Origin: Octopus bimaculoides
Taxonomy: Eukaryota
NCBI RefSeq assembly: GCF_001194135.2
Contig: NC_068990.1
Location: forward strand, 51,489,070-51,521,207
Length of the DNA: 32,138 bases
Reading direction: 5' to 3'
Made by a program: the position numbers and the translations under genes
Notes under the pieces: model-generated
What the model was told of the DNA's origin: nothing
The model's input: the letters and a program-made list of their open reading frames with translations, nothing else
The model's database searches: none
Shown: one piece after another, positions 1-12,282 of the stretch
Layout of the letters: the number at the start of each line of letters is the position of its first letter
Numbering within the stretch: the first letter of the stretch is position 1

Positions 1-180
1 TACATGTACATATACATATACATATATATATATATACATACACTCACACACCTATACATATACGTACTTACACACATATATATGCATATCCCTATCTCCG
101 TTCGCACACACATATATATACACACACATTTATATGCACTCATCCATATATGCATAATTACACATACACAAACATACATG
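1..180. repeat. Mixed (TA)n/(CA)n low-complexity microsatellite
   Basis: Runs of TATA/CACA. The ORF-track His/Thr/Ile/Tyr-rich ORFs here are artefacts of the repeat. Confidence 0.85.
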
Positions 181-415
181 AGACATCATGTTGTACTTCC
201 TCACATCCTAAGATCATTTATACCAACGAAACGTACTTCTTATGATATGCGTACATTTCAGAGCATTATTCTTTACTTTGTTGATCAATTTATCCTTAGA
301 GAAGAGTATGTAGTATAGTTCTACTGTACAGAGCGAACAATACTTTCTTCCTCTCTCATATGGCATTGATCTTGCGAAAGAAACAGCAAATTGTTAAATA
401 AAGGAAAATTGATTC

Positions 416-586
416 ATGCGCTTTGGAAAAGAACATGTGCACAAACAACCACACTATTTTGCTTCAGAAAAACTACTTATAACACTCAGTAAGAATAGAG
501 ATTTAGGAGTAATTGTTGACAACATAATCAATTGGAGCGCTCACATCAACAAAAAAGTTGATATAGCTCACAGAGCAATTACATAA
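416..586 (+). pseudogene. Decayed CR1/L2-type LINE RT C-terminal fragment
   Basis: Manual translation: MRFGKEHVHKQPHYFASEKLLITLSKNRDLGVIVDNIINWSAHINKKVDIAHRAIT*. It matches the 'RDLGV..D..L.W..HI...V.KA.R' block of CR1/L2/Jockey RTs (compare 'VRDLGIDMSDDTSFQVHITRMATKCRR' in the 26.9-28.1 kb copy). Confidence 0.65.
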
Positions 587-758
587 AAAATTAATAAATG
601 GCATAAAGGAGCAGTTTAATCACATTTTATTTTTATTGCCTTAACCAGTCGAAAGTTGAAATTTAAATAAGTGTTCAGCGTGCTCTATTATAATATATTT
701 ATGCATGTGTGTGTATATGAATATACAGATAAATACACTTATATATACATCGAATCTA

Positions 759-932
<174 letters not shown>

Positions 933-1755
933 GATATTGGGGAAATGCAAGAAGAAAATGAAGAAATGGACATATGAATAATTTATTTGTATGTCACAAA
1001 GATGAAAGGTTCTTTTAAAAAAGATAACAATACAAATAAATTGATTACAGGTTGAAAAGCTCAAAAAATAAAATAGAATAAAGGAACCTACATATATGTT
1101 TTAGTCCTATCACCAAGTTGATCAGAATTTCCAAGCATTTGGTTAAATGCTAAGAAAGGTACCATATTCTAGCTATATCGTGGTAGGACTTTTTCAGGGT
1201 CAATATAGAATTCAAGGAACTTAGGTAATCATTTTTCTTTTGAAGGATGCATAGTGTATTATTGGGTTAAAAAAGTTAAAAGCTATATATATGGTAAGTG
1301 TATTTGATTGATGGGTTTTATATATTTGTGAATATACTATATATCATAAATAGAAAACAAGTAAATAAATAAATAGATAAATAAAGTATGCATAAAAATT
1401 AAAATCAAGCTAAAAAGATAAAATAGAAATGATAGTAAAAACATAAAAAACATAAAATAAAATTAAATTAAAACCTATTGATCATTCTTATTGGTTTAGT
1501 GATAGATACAATTGCTTGAAAGATATAGAGGAGTAGCGATATACGACCTGATCAGGATGGATGATGGATGAAAGTTTGAAAAATGACCGTTATAATGCGT
1601 ATCTAGAAAAACTTATTTATAAACCGTTATTGATTAGGATGTGTGAATGCATATTTACATGCATATTTTAGATTAACGCATTAGGACTTTGGGGAATTAA
1701 CATCGAATACATAGTTACTCTTACGTGTTTTACTGAGCATATCTATACATATTCA

Positions 1756-1947
1756 TACTCTTTTACTTGTTTCAGTCATTTGACTGCGGCCAGGCTGGGG
1801 CACCGCCTTCAGTCGAGCAATTGGACCCCAGGACTTATTCTTTGCAAGCCCAGTACTTATCCTATCGGTCTCTTTTTGCCGAGCCACTAAGATACGGGGA
1901 CATAGACACACCAGCATCGGTTGTCAAGCGAAGGTGGGGGGGACAAA
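1756..1947 (-). mobile_element. SINE 3' portion (octopus-type), truncated by gap
   Basis: Homologous to the plus-strand copy at 24004-24211 (TTGACAACCGATG.TGGTGTGT...CGGCAAAA-GAGACCGATAG.ATAAGTACT...GGCCGCA.TCAAATG.CTGAA.CAA.TAAAAGA). Ends in an A-rich tail on the minus strand. Confidence 0.85.
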
Positions 1948-2763
1948 NNNNNNNNNNNNNNNNNNNNNNNNNNNNNNNNNNNNNNNNNNNNNNNNNNNNN
2001 NNNNNNNNNNNNNNNNNNNNNNNNNNNNNNNNNNNNNNNNNNNNNNNNNNNNNNNNNNNNNNNNNNNNNNNNNNNNNNNNNNNNNNNNNNNNNNNNNNNN
2101 NNNNNNNNNNNNNNNNNNNNNNNNNNNNNNNNNNNNNNNNNNNNNNNNNNNNNNNNNNNNNNNNNNNNNNNNNNNNNNNNNNNNNNNNNNNNNNNNNNNN
2201 NNNNNNNNNNNNNNNNNNNNNNNNNNNNNNNNNNNNNNNNNNNNNNNNNNNNNNNNNNNNNNNNNNNNNNNNNNNNNNNNNNNNNNNNNNNNNNNNNNNN
2301 NNNNNNNNNNNNNNNNNNNNNNNNNNNNNNNNNNNNNNNNNNNNNNNNNNNNNNNNNNNNNNNNNNNNNNNNNNNNNNNNNNNNNNNNNNNNNNNNNNNN
2401 NNNNNNNNNNNNNNNNNNNNNNNNNNNNNNNNNNNNNNNNNNNNNNNNNNNNNNNNNNNNNNNNNNNNNNNNNNNNNNNNNNNNNNNNNNNNNNNNNNNN
2501 NNNNNNNNNNNNNNNNNNNNNNNNNNNNNNNNNNNNNNNNNNNNNNNNNNNNNNNNNNNNNNNNNNNNNNNNNNNNNNNNNNNNNNNNNNNNNNNNNNNN
2601 NNNNNNNNNNNNNNNNNNNNNNNNNNNNNNNNNNNNNNNNNNNNNNNNNNNNNNNNNNNNNNNNNNNNNNNNNNNNNNNNNNNNNNNNNNNNNNNNNNNN
2701 NNNNNNNNNNNNNNNNNNNNNNNNNNNNNNNNNNNNNNNNNNNNNNNNNNNNNNNNNNNNNNN
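1948..2763. other. Assembly gap (N run)
   Basis: N bases. Confidence 1.
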
Positions 2764-3373
2764 GATTGTGAGTGTTAGGTACGGGTGTGTGTATGTTTAT
2801 GTGTGTTTATGTGTGTCTGTATGTGTGTTTCCGTGTGGGTGTGTGTGCGCGTGTGTGTATTTTTTGTGCGTGCGTGTATGTGTATATTGTGTATGTTTTC
2901 GTGCGTGCGTGTGTTATGTATGTGAGTGAGTATTGTGTATGTGAGAGGTGTGTGTGCGTGTGTGCACGTGTGTATATGTGTATGTGTGCATGTGTGTATA
3001 TGTGTATGTGTGTTGTGTATGTGTGTTGTGTATGTGTGTGTGTGTGTGGTTTTTGTATGTGAGAGGTGTGTATGTGTGTGTTTATGTGTGTGCGTATGTA
3101 TGGGTTGTCAGGTGTGGGAGGTATTTGTGAATGGGGGTATATGTGGGTTATGTGTGCAAGGGTGTGTCTGTGTGTGTGTATGTTTGCGTGATTTTTAGCG
3201 TGTGTGTGAATGCGCAAGTGTGCGTGTGTATGTGCGTTTGTATAAGTGTGTGGGTGAGTCTGAGCGTGTGAGTGCATGCATATGTGTTGTGTGTGTGTGG
3301 TTTTTGTATGTGAGAGGTGTGTATGTGTGTGTTTATGTGTGTGCGTATGTATGGGTTGTCAGGTGTGGGAGGT
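2764..3373. repeat. Degenerate (TG)-rich low-complexity tract containing an ~80-bp direct repeat (about 3041-3122 and 3293-3373)
   Basis: GTGTGGTTTTTGTATGTGAGAGGTGTGTATG...GGGTTGTCAGGTGTGGGAGGT occurs twice. Confidence 0.85.
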
Positions 3374-4181
3374 NNNNNNNNNNNNNNNNNNNNNNNNNNN
3401 NNNNNNNNNNNNNNNNNNNNNNNNNNNNNNNNNNNNNNNNNNNNNNNNNNNNNNNNNNNNNNNNNNNNNNNNNNNNNNNNNNNNNNNNNNNNNNNNNNNN
3501 NNNNNNNNNNNNNNNNNNNNNNNNNNNNNNNNNNNNNNNNNNNNNNNNNNNNNNNNNNNNNNNNNNNNNNNNNNNNNNNNNNNNNNNNNNNNNNNNNNNN
3601 NNNNNNNNNNNNNNNNNNNNNNNNNNNNNNNNNNNNNNNNNNNNNNNNNNNNNNNNNNNNNNNNNNNNNNNNNNNNNNNNNNNNNNNNNNNNNNNNNNNN
3701 NNNNNNNNNNNNNNNNNNNNNNNNNNNNNNNNNNNNNNNNNNNNNNNNNNNNNNNNNNNNNNNNNNNNNNNNNNNNNNNNNNNNNNNNNNNNNNNNNNNN
3801 NNNNNNNNNNNNNNNNNNNNNNNNNNNNNNNNNNNNNNNNNNNNNNNNNNNNNNNNNNNNNNNNNNNNNNNNNNNNNNNNNNNNNNNNNNNNNNNNNNNN
3901 NNNNNNNNNNNNNNNNNNNNNNNNNNNNNNNNNNNNNNNNNNNNNNNNNNNNNNNNNNNNNNNNNNNNNNNNNNNNNNNNNNNNNNNNNNNNNNNNNNNN
4001 NNNNNNNNNNNNNNNNNNNNNNNNNNNNNNNNNNNNNNNNNNNNNNNNNNNNNNNNNNNNNNNNNNNNNNNNNNNNNNNNNNNNNNNNNNNNNNNNNNNN
4101 NNNNNNNNNNNNNNNNNNNNNNNNNNNNNNNNNNNNNNNNNNNNNNNNNNNNNNNNNNNNNNNNNNNNNNNNNNNNNNNNN
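3374..4181. other. Assembly gap (N run)
   Basis: N bases. Confidence 1.
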
Positions 4182-4320
4182 NTATATATACGCTTATACA
4201 TGTATGCATACACATAAATATATGCACATACACACCTAAGAAAATAAAAAATAAAAAATGAACTTAAAAATAAAAATGGAATTAATATACATACATATAC
4301 GTATATATATATATATATAC

Positions 4321-4865
4321 ATAGGCACCGCTGTTTTGCTACATTGTTATTATTGAAACCCTCCTCTCATGTGTGGCATTTGGTGAATAAGGGAGTGTGA
4401 TATTGCTACCCTCATTTGCACCTCTTGCTGTGAGGTAGGTTCATTTGGGACTCTCGACAGGAAGAGGTCCAGTTTTGATTTGAAGACATCTATATCCAGC
4501 TTGTGTAAGTCCCTCAGGCTCTTTGGGAGAATACTAAAAAGCTCTGGGCCCCTGAAACCCAGGCTGTGGCAGTAACTGGTCCTGAAGCGTGATGGCATTG
4601 CTGGGATCTTTGGCACTGTGAGGTGTCGACCCGTTCTGGCATTGGTGTAGCTTTCAATGCCAAACTTTGACACAGATCCTTCCAGGATCTTCCAGATATA
4701 TATTACTGCGTACCTCTCCCTCCATCGCTCCAGGGAGTAGTCTTAGCTCTTTCAACCTTTTCCAGTGGCTGAGATGTTGCAACGAGACGATCTTCTTTGT
4801 GAAGCTTCGCTGGACTGCTCCAAGATCTACTGTTAATTTTACACTGTTGAGTAACCACAGCTGGT
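4321..4865 (-). mobile_element. CR1-type LINE 3' fragment (5'-truncated, frameshifted)
   Basis: Minus-strand peptides QLW...LGAVQRSFTKKIVSLQHLSHWKRLKEL and RGPELFSILPKSLRDLHKLDIDVFKSKLDLFLSRVPNEP. Nucleotide match to 26850-26914 (GCTACCCTCATTTGCACCTCTTGC.GTGAGGTAGGTTCAT.TGGGACTCTC). Confidence 0.9.
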
Positions 4866-5439
4866 CAATTGATTGACTAATTAATTGATTTATTTCATCA
4901 TTAATGGAGAAACTCACAAGTATAGGGTTATCTGAGACTTTTATTCATTTAGATAACCTGCTCGCTTACAAGCAACGTGCTTTAAGGAAGAATCTTTCTT
5001 TTCATGGTTTGGGGTTTGATTGCCCTATTCCTCATGTAAGGAGTCTACATAGTGGCCTTCTCTCCGTGCATAATTTTTTATACACTATTATATATAAATT
5101 AGAAAATTACTATTTTTAAATCTCAATGAGAGATATTCAGCAACAGTACTTCGTAGTAAACATTGTTTGCCAACATAACATAGCAGTCCAGGTTTAGGAC
5201 GAATGTTCCTTTAATTTAGCTGCAGGAGACATCGTCTCCAGCTGGCTATACGACACGATCTGTATCCTTCTATTTTATTTAAAAAAAAATTTTTTTTTGT
5301 CGAATAAGGGAATCTAGCACCCCCACTCAGCTCAAAGCAATACATGTGTAACGCGATTCTGGTTTATTTCCTTCATCAGCACAGAATAATTCTTCGGCTA
5401 GAGGTGAATTTTTTATTAAGATAATTAATATCGTACATA

Positions 5440-8400
5440 GAGGTGACAAAACAGGAATTGTCCACCAAAATCATGTTAAAAACTCCTCCAAGATCATGTT
5501 AAGACAATTCAATTAAAGACATTACTCAAGAAGTATTAGCAGGTATACTGGCTATCAGCCCGGTAGCCACACCAATCCAGAGCCCGGTGGCAACGCCGGT
5601 GAAAGCCCAGCATCTACGGAGAGTGTTGGGGAAGCAGGCAGACAAAAACTGCCATGCCCCCCTCACAACCGTGAGTAAATTTGTTTTCTTTCTTCGATGA
5701 TTAAGTTGGGTTGTTTAAATGTGCGTGGAATGGGGTCGAGATGGAAACAGGCTTGTTTCCTGAACGACCTCACGACACATAGAATAGATGTGGCTATTGT
5801 AACCGAGTCCAAGATGAATAGACCTCAATCGTTCTCGCCTCTTCTGAGTGGTTACGAGAAATTTATTTCTCCTAGCCGAGGAGGAGGTGCAGGCGTGGCA
5901 GTCCTTATCAGGAAGAACTTGGTCTTACGGGTAAGTACTGTCTTTCTGGACTCAGAAGGTAGGCTGGTCGTACTGGATGTGTCTCGTGTGTTTAAGCAGT
6001 CCCTCAGTTTGGTAGCTGTCTATACTCCTAAGGAGTTTAGGCAGTCGGGTTTTTACCGAGACCTTCAGCACTTTCTAGTGACGTCTAAAACGTTAGTTTT
6101 GGTAGGGGACTTCAACACTATACTCAATGCACGGGTCGATAGTGTAGGCTCAACCGATAGGAAAGGGAATCCTTGCCTCAAGAGCCTACTAGAGAGCTAT
6201 AATCTAGTAGACCGTTACCGGCTGGATGAGCCGAGCGTTCCATAGTGGACGTGGAGTAACAACGACGGCTCACACAGATCATACCTAGATAAGATATTTA
6301 TTAAGGAAAGAGATAAGAATAGTGTTAGCTGTCCATAGTTTTCTATTGTGCCTTACACAGATCACAAACTTGTGACGTGTGAGGTACATGTAGATAAATG
6401 TAATAGACAGGGACCCGGGTATCGGAAAATGAACAAGTCTATTTTGACTTGCGAAGCTTTCCGTACCCGGATTAAGGTGTTAGTTCAGAGGGCATTATGT
6501 GGCACCATCATTAACAATAGATGGTGACACGACCTCATAAGAGCCATCCGTTTGGAGTCCATTAGATTTAGCAGGCAACTAAGTTTAGATAGGACTAGAA
6601 TAGAGGGCGATTCAGTTAAGAACTTAGAGGAGGCAATGAAATCTGGTTCTGCATCTAGAGTGTTGGCAGCGAGAACGGTCTTGTACCATCACCTCAACGC
6701 CAAGCATGAAGGTTGCAGAGTCAGAGCTAAGCTACGTGCAGGGAAACGAGGAGGTATTAATTTTGCCGGATGGGCCCGTCGTGAGGAGAATCAGAGAGGT
6801 AAAAAGTCCTCTATAATGTCTTTAACGGACAAACAGGGACGCAAGATCTATGGACAGGAGGAGATACAGAAAGTCTTTCACCAGCATTTTGCTCGGTTGT
6901 TCGGAGAGAGTGGTCCGCTTGGGCGGGTGGAGACCTTAAAGGACTTCCCAGCTGGTGGGCTGTGACTCTCGGCACGTGAAGCTGAATGCTGTGAAGGACC
7001 GATCATGCCCGCGGAGATAAGAGAGGTGTTGGCCGAGTGTGCCGGGGAAAAGTTGCCGGGGCTAGATGGTCTGCCCTATGAGTTTTATCGTTGTATGCCG
7101 GACTTGTTCGGGGGAATACTGGCAGGTGTCTATGCAAACTGGCAACAGAATGGGAGGATACCAAGTTCTGTGAGCCCGGGAGTTGTGACGCTGGTCCAGA
7201 AAGACCCGAGAAAAGGAGATAGCATCTGTAATTATAGGCCCATAACTCTTTTTAATGTAGAGTTAAAGATTTTGGCCAAGGTGTTAGCTAAAAGGTTGAC
7301 GGCTGTCGTGGAGAAACTTGTCGGGAAGGCACAGACATGTGCAATCCCAGGCAGGTTGACCCAGGATAATCTTCACCTTCTCCGCTACACTTTAGATCGG
7401 GTTGGGAAATTTGCCGGCAAAGGAGAGACATTGGGCCATTTAGACCAAAGTAAAACGTTCGATAGGATAGACCATCGGTACCTGGGGCGGTCCTCGAAGC
7501 GGCTGGGCTGGGCCCTGGCTTTCGCGGGTGGATCACCGCTATGTACAGCGGTATCAAGTCCACAGTCCAGATAAACGGCTACCTAACGGAGCCGTTTTCG
7601 ATCAAGCGTTCAGTTCGTCAAGGGTGTCTCTTGTCTCTGCTGCTGTACGATTTGGCTCTTGAGCCATTGCTACGGAAGTTGGAGAAGTTAGGAAGCAACC
7701 CAAATGAAATCGGATGAAGTAAGCCTGTTTCTGCTTATGCGGATGACGTCATCCTCATCGTGTCCAACGAAGCATAGCTACCTCGTGTAGAAGATGCCCT
7801 CCGAAGATACGAAGCGGTGGCAAAGGTAAAAGTTAACAAGGACAAGTCCATCGGATTGCGCCTCGGCACCTGGAGGAACAAGCTGATATCATCCAGTGTC
7901 GTTGGATACTGGACAGATGGTCCTGTTAAGTTGCTTGGAGTTTGGTTTACTCGGACTCCTAGACGGAGAAGAATTGAAGCGAGGTAGTGGACAAGGTGGA
8001 AGCCAAAGTACGGAAGTGGTCCGGAAGGCCTCTGTCCTTAAAGGGCAGGTCGAAGGTGGTGCAGGCGTTTATAGCATCTGTAATCACCTACCGTCTGTCC
8101 GTTGTGCCTTGCCCCGATTCGTGGCTAAACATGTTGGAATGACTCCTCTTCCGCTTGTTGTGTAATGGAGAAAATCCACTTGTTAGGCGCTCCGTTTGCT
8201 GCCAGGAACCGTTAAAGGGTGGGCTGGGAATGCCCTGGCTAAAGATGCGCAGACATGCGTTGAAGCTGAGACATCTCTGGTGCCACCTGGAGGGTGATAA
8301 GGTGTGGAGTCCGCTGGCGGAGGAATTCTTGTCGCGACCGGCCTCTTTGGAGAGATTTAAACCCGGTTTCATTAAAAGATGGAATCTGACTTTATGGCAG

Positions 8401-9365
8401 AAGGAGTGCCGACAGGCACTCTGGCTGATCCACAAGATAGGCAAGGTCGGCAGAGGGAATACCCCCTTGGTGTTCTATAGAGGACTGGTAGAGACAAACA
8501 ACGATGTCGTCATAGGAGGTGCTCTGTAGTTCGATGAGAACCAGCTTACCAGCCTGTTCAAAACATACTTTCAGGCCGGGGTACTTCCAAAAATTCCTGA
8601 TCTGGCAGTGTTACAGGAATGCATTACCTGTTTGCGATAAGTTATCCAGGCACGGATTGTCAGTGCCACCGACGTGTCCAAGATATGGGCTGGACGATGA
8701 AACCGTTCAGCACGCTTTTGTACAGTGTCGGGAGCTTGTGAGCTTGATAAGTTACGTTGAACACGTATTGTCGCACAAGGGACGAGTACAGCTGTCGGCT
8801 GCATCTATAATAAAGAGGATACCGTCAACTGGACTCTGAAAGGAAGGTTAGGCTTGCTTTTATTGTACGGTTTCAGTACTGAAAGAGTGTGTTTGGAGGA
8901 CTAGAATGGAAAGTTTTGTGTCAGGGTCTTTCGTCTCTGGCCCCGGTTTGCTCATCTTACTTCAGATACCATCTGAAGAGCAAGATGAGGTTGGAGAGGA
9001 AGACCCTGCCACCGAACGAATACGTGAAACGATGGAAGGATGTGATGAGAAAGGTGGGTGTCAGTAACCCAGCTTAATCATCGATGAAAGGAAAAACTGG
9101 TTGCTGGGCATTATAGGCTGCCGGGTTCAATTTTTTTAACCTTCTGTTCTTTTCCATTTTTGTTATTTTTGTGTTGTTTGATTTCTGGTTTTAAAAAAGA
9201 TGTTCTCATGTAAAGGCAAAAGTAAGCAAAAATATTTCTGTTAAATTATATCATATTTAATTTTTTTTAAATGTCTCATTCGAACTCTCATAACATTTCT
9301 GTATATTGTTTGTCCTGCATTGTTTCAATATATGTTTTGATCTCAATGATCATAATAAAGATTTT
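5440..9365 (+). mobile_element. L1/Tx1-clade LINE copy 1 (5'-truncated in ORF1; ORF2 with stops and frameshifts; 3' UTR ending in AATAAA at 9354)
   Basis: End of ORF1 with SPVAT-type repeats (5555-5615), then APE, RT and C-terminal Cys motif, then 3' UTR homologous to 15330-15529. Confidence 0.92.
5697..9077 (+). pseudogene. Tx1/L1 ORF2 (APE endonuclease + reverse transcriptase + Cys-rich C-terminus), disrupted
   Basis: APE motifs LNVRG, TESK, GDFN, YLDKI, TDHK. RT motifs PGLDGLPYEFY, NYRPITLFN, DQSKTFDRIDH, SVRQG, AYADDV. C-terminal CPRxG..ETVQHAFVQC. Multiple in-frame stops and frameshifts. Confidence 0.92.
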
Positions 9366-9382
9366 ACCTCTAGCCTAACAAT
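9366..9382 (+). other. Junction motif ACCTCTAGCCTAACAAT (putative target site/TSD)
   Basis: Near-identical motifs at 15530-15546 and 18471-18487, and inverted at 5389-5405, each directly after an element 3' end or AATAAA-like sequence. Confidence 0.7.
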
Positions 9383-10876
9383 TTTTTGTTCTTTTTTGAA
9401 GAACTCTAGCCGAATTTTTTGTGCGAAACCACCATTGTTGGGTGGTAGTGAATAACTGAGAAAAATTAGAAGCTATGCATACGCTACTGGAGATTGAGTT
9501 CCCCTAGACCCACGTGTGCTGGAACGAGATGTTACAGTGGAATGGAGAGCTGATAAAGAAATAAAGTAGTATGGTAGAGAAGGAGGGGTCAAATAAAAAA
9601 TGACCTGCCAGAGGAGGTAAAAGTGAAAATGGAAAATAATACGGTCATATTCAGAAGATTTTCGAATATAAATAGAACTGAACATGCGCTGCAGGAAAAA
9701 ATAGAAGAAATTTTGGAAGAGCAAATAGGTGAGAGCATAACATTGTTTATGAGAGGAAAGAAATATGCGTCTATAGTGGTAACTTTTATATCAAAAGAGG
9801 AGGCGGAAAACCCCAACAGGCTGATACAGGGAGAAAAACGGACTTTGATGCCAAACTGTTTGGAGAAAAGAATTGTCAGAATTGGGGTGGGAAGAATCCC
9901 ACCGTCGATAGACCCAGAGTGGATAATAGCCGCAATTTTTTATTCGGAGATAAGGAAGGAAAGCGAAGACATGAAGATGGGCATGGTGAGTTAAACCCAA
10001 CAAGTGAAGTGTGGGGCTATGGATTAGAGATAATTTGTGCAGTGAGCCCGAAATATTACAACGAAATACCTGAAACTTTAGAGCTACCAAATGAAGAAAA
10101 GCTGGAGGTAATATTGGAGGGGAGACTCCCAAAGTGTTACCAATGTGGTAAAAGAGGGCACTTGAGAAAGAAATGCCCTAGAGCAGCAGTGTAAATTGTA
10201 GAGGAGAGTATTCAGGAGAATATAATGGTGGAGAAACAGCAGAAACAGATAACAGAACAAGACGGGAATTTTGGGGAGGTGAAAGCAAGGAAAAGGGAGA
10301 GTAGGAAGTCACCAACGATAGTGGAATTGAAGAAGTAGAAAGCAATGGAAGAGGTAACCCAACATACGACGAGAAACGGGGAAGATTTACCAGTAGGATC
10401 ACCAGTAAAGGACTTGCAAGTACATAAACAGTAAGACCCACAGACACACAAACGCACAAAAGTATAGACGGACAGAAACAAGATAACTCAGAATTACGGA
10501 AACCTAAAAACATAGACACACAGACGAAACATACAGAATTAGTCAAACGAACACACAAACACACGGACACACAGACACAATCACAGGAAAGCCAAGTATT
10601 ACAGAAAAACAGAGACAAAAACACAAACACGCAAGACAAACAGAAGCAAGGTTTTTAATGAAATAGGACACCCAAAAGTTAAAAGAATTTCAAAATTGAA
10701 AGACATTATGAGAGGTGGATGTTGAACCTGGCACCTCGGTGGTGAATTATGTGGACGAAAAGGAGAAGAGTGAGTGGTAAGTCGTGATTTATTTTAAAGA
10801 CTGTGAAAGACTGAGAAAAACATTTGGTTAAACTATTTGTTTAAGAAAACAGGAAAATTAGTACATCCTGTTACTG
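9383..10876 (+). mobile_element. ORF1-only (half-LINE-like) element A: RRM-like + CCHC zinc knuckle, no ORF2
   Basis: Frameshifted ORF1 9623-10194 with RGKKYASIVVTF, GRIPPSIDPEWIIAAI and EGRLPK-CYQCGKRGHLRKKC (knuckle 10135-10176). A low-complexity Q/T/K tail ends EPGTSVVNYVDEKEKSEW* (stop 10778-10780). Confidence 0.8.
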
Positions 10877-11484
10877 ATTTTTTATTACCCACAAGGGGTT
10901 AAAAATAGATGGGACAATACACACATACGGGGACAATCAACACATGAAAGAATGGAATAGTGAAATTATACAATAGAGATGGGACGGCCACCCCAGCCCC
11001 GCTGCAGGGTAATTACGTTATTTCAATTATTTCAACAGTCTTCAACTGTTCTTTTCAAAATTATTTTAACAGTCTTTCAAAGTTCTTTTCAAAATAAAAA
11101 TCTACTTACCATTTTATATAGTTCTTAATTTCCTCATAGTTCACCACTGGAGCGCTGGGTTCCAAATTCACCTCGGGCCTCAGTGGGTTTATATCTGATA
11201 GGAAAGCCTCTTTTAACTTTCTATACTTTCTATACTCATCTCCTTATCGTAACCCTCTGAGAGGTCCACATTAACAATGTGTTTCATTTTAGTTATTTTC
11301 CTTTCTATTTTTGGTGCCGAATATATGTTATCAAATATATTCTGTTCTTGTGTACCTCTTACGTCTGTATATCTGTTCTTTTTTGTTTTTGTGATTCTGT
11401 ACTATCATACATCTGTTCTTTGTGACTGCATGTCTGGGTGTTTATTTGTCTGCGGTCTGCCTGTTTGTGTGACTGTAAGTCTGC

Positions 11485-12089
11485 GGATCTTTTTTAAAAC
11501 GGAGGCCACATTTTTCATTAACGAAACACTTTGAAACTTGGAACACTAGTAGAATGTGTCATATAAAACATATTTTTCTCTTAGTCTTCTTTAAAAAAAA
11601 AGAAATCCCTAAGTTATTCCATATTAAAGTTGTATTTCTGTAATTTCACCCAATCACTGACGTCCATTCAGCCGATATACATTAAGTGCCGACTACATAA
11701 ACAAACGATTCTGAAACAATTCTATCGGTGATAGGGTTAGGGTTAGGGTTAGGGTTAGGGTAAAACAGCAAATTTAAAAAGAAAAAAGCAAATAAAACGA
11801 AGAAAAAAAGAAAATGAAAAAAGCAAATTTAAAATGAAAAAAGCAAATAAAACGAAGCCATGACTTAATCAGCCAAAGGACTAAATGTAAACAACTGAAT
11901 ACTTGTCAGTGATTGGTTGAAATTATCGAAATAAGACAATTTTTTACATGAAATAAATTCGAATACAAAAATATTTTTTCTATTCTATAACACAAAATAG
12001 ATAAGTATACGAAGTTTGAAAGTCTTTCGGTACCAAAAACACTACGTAAAACATTAATGAAAAATGTGGCCCCGTTTTAAAAAAGATCC
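11485..12089. mobile_element. MITE / non-autonomous DNA transposon, Mutator-like (9-bp TSD), with internal (TTAGGG)n
   Basis: TIRs GGATCTTTTTTAAAACGGAGGCCACATTTTTCATTAA / TTAATGAAAAATGTGGCCCCGTTTTAAAAAAGATCC. Perfect TSD TAAGTCTGC at 11476-11484 and 12090-12098. Inner inverted repeat AATTTCACCCAATCACTGAC / GTCAGTGATTGGTTGAAATT. Confidence 0.9.
11732..11760 (+). repeat. Telomere-type repeat TAGGG(TTAGGG)4
   Basis: Direct reading. Lies near the centre of the MITE. Confidence 0.95.
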
Positions 12090-12282
12090 TAAGTCTGCAT
12101 GTGGCGTCTGTGTGTCTGTGCTTTTAGGTTCTGTGCATTTAGGTTTTTGCAACTCTGTGCTATCTTCTACACTTCCGTGTGTATGTATGTGTACTTATGC
12201 GCCTGTGAATCTGTTTGTGCGATTGTGAGTCTGCATGTTTATTTGGTGATGTTCTGCTTTTTATCCTCCGTAGTGTATAAGA

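Larger units (their letters stand above)
10877..12280 (-). mobile_element. ORF1-only element B (3' half, opposite strand), interrupted by a MITE
   Basis: The minus strand is homologous to 10430-10860 and ends EPSAPVVNYEEIKNYIKW* (stop 11106-11108). A 3' UTR of about 220 nt follows, with AATAAA at 10881-10886 (minus). Confidence 0.72.

Noticed and set aside
5345-5386. Hammerhead ribozyme on the minus strand
   Set aside because: CTGATGA is present but GAAA is replaced by AGAAT and stem II is only 2 bp; too degenerate to call.
9357-9382. Genuine 18S rRNA gene fragment
   Set aside because: Similarity is limited to about 25 nt with no rDNA sequence on either side, so it is not annotated as rRNA.
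10773-10785. GGTAAG splice donors at the ends of the ORF1-only ORFs
   Set aside because: They coincide with the conserved Trp-stop codons (TGG TAA G), and there is no evidence of a matching acceptor.
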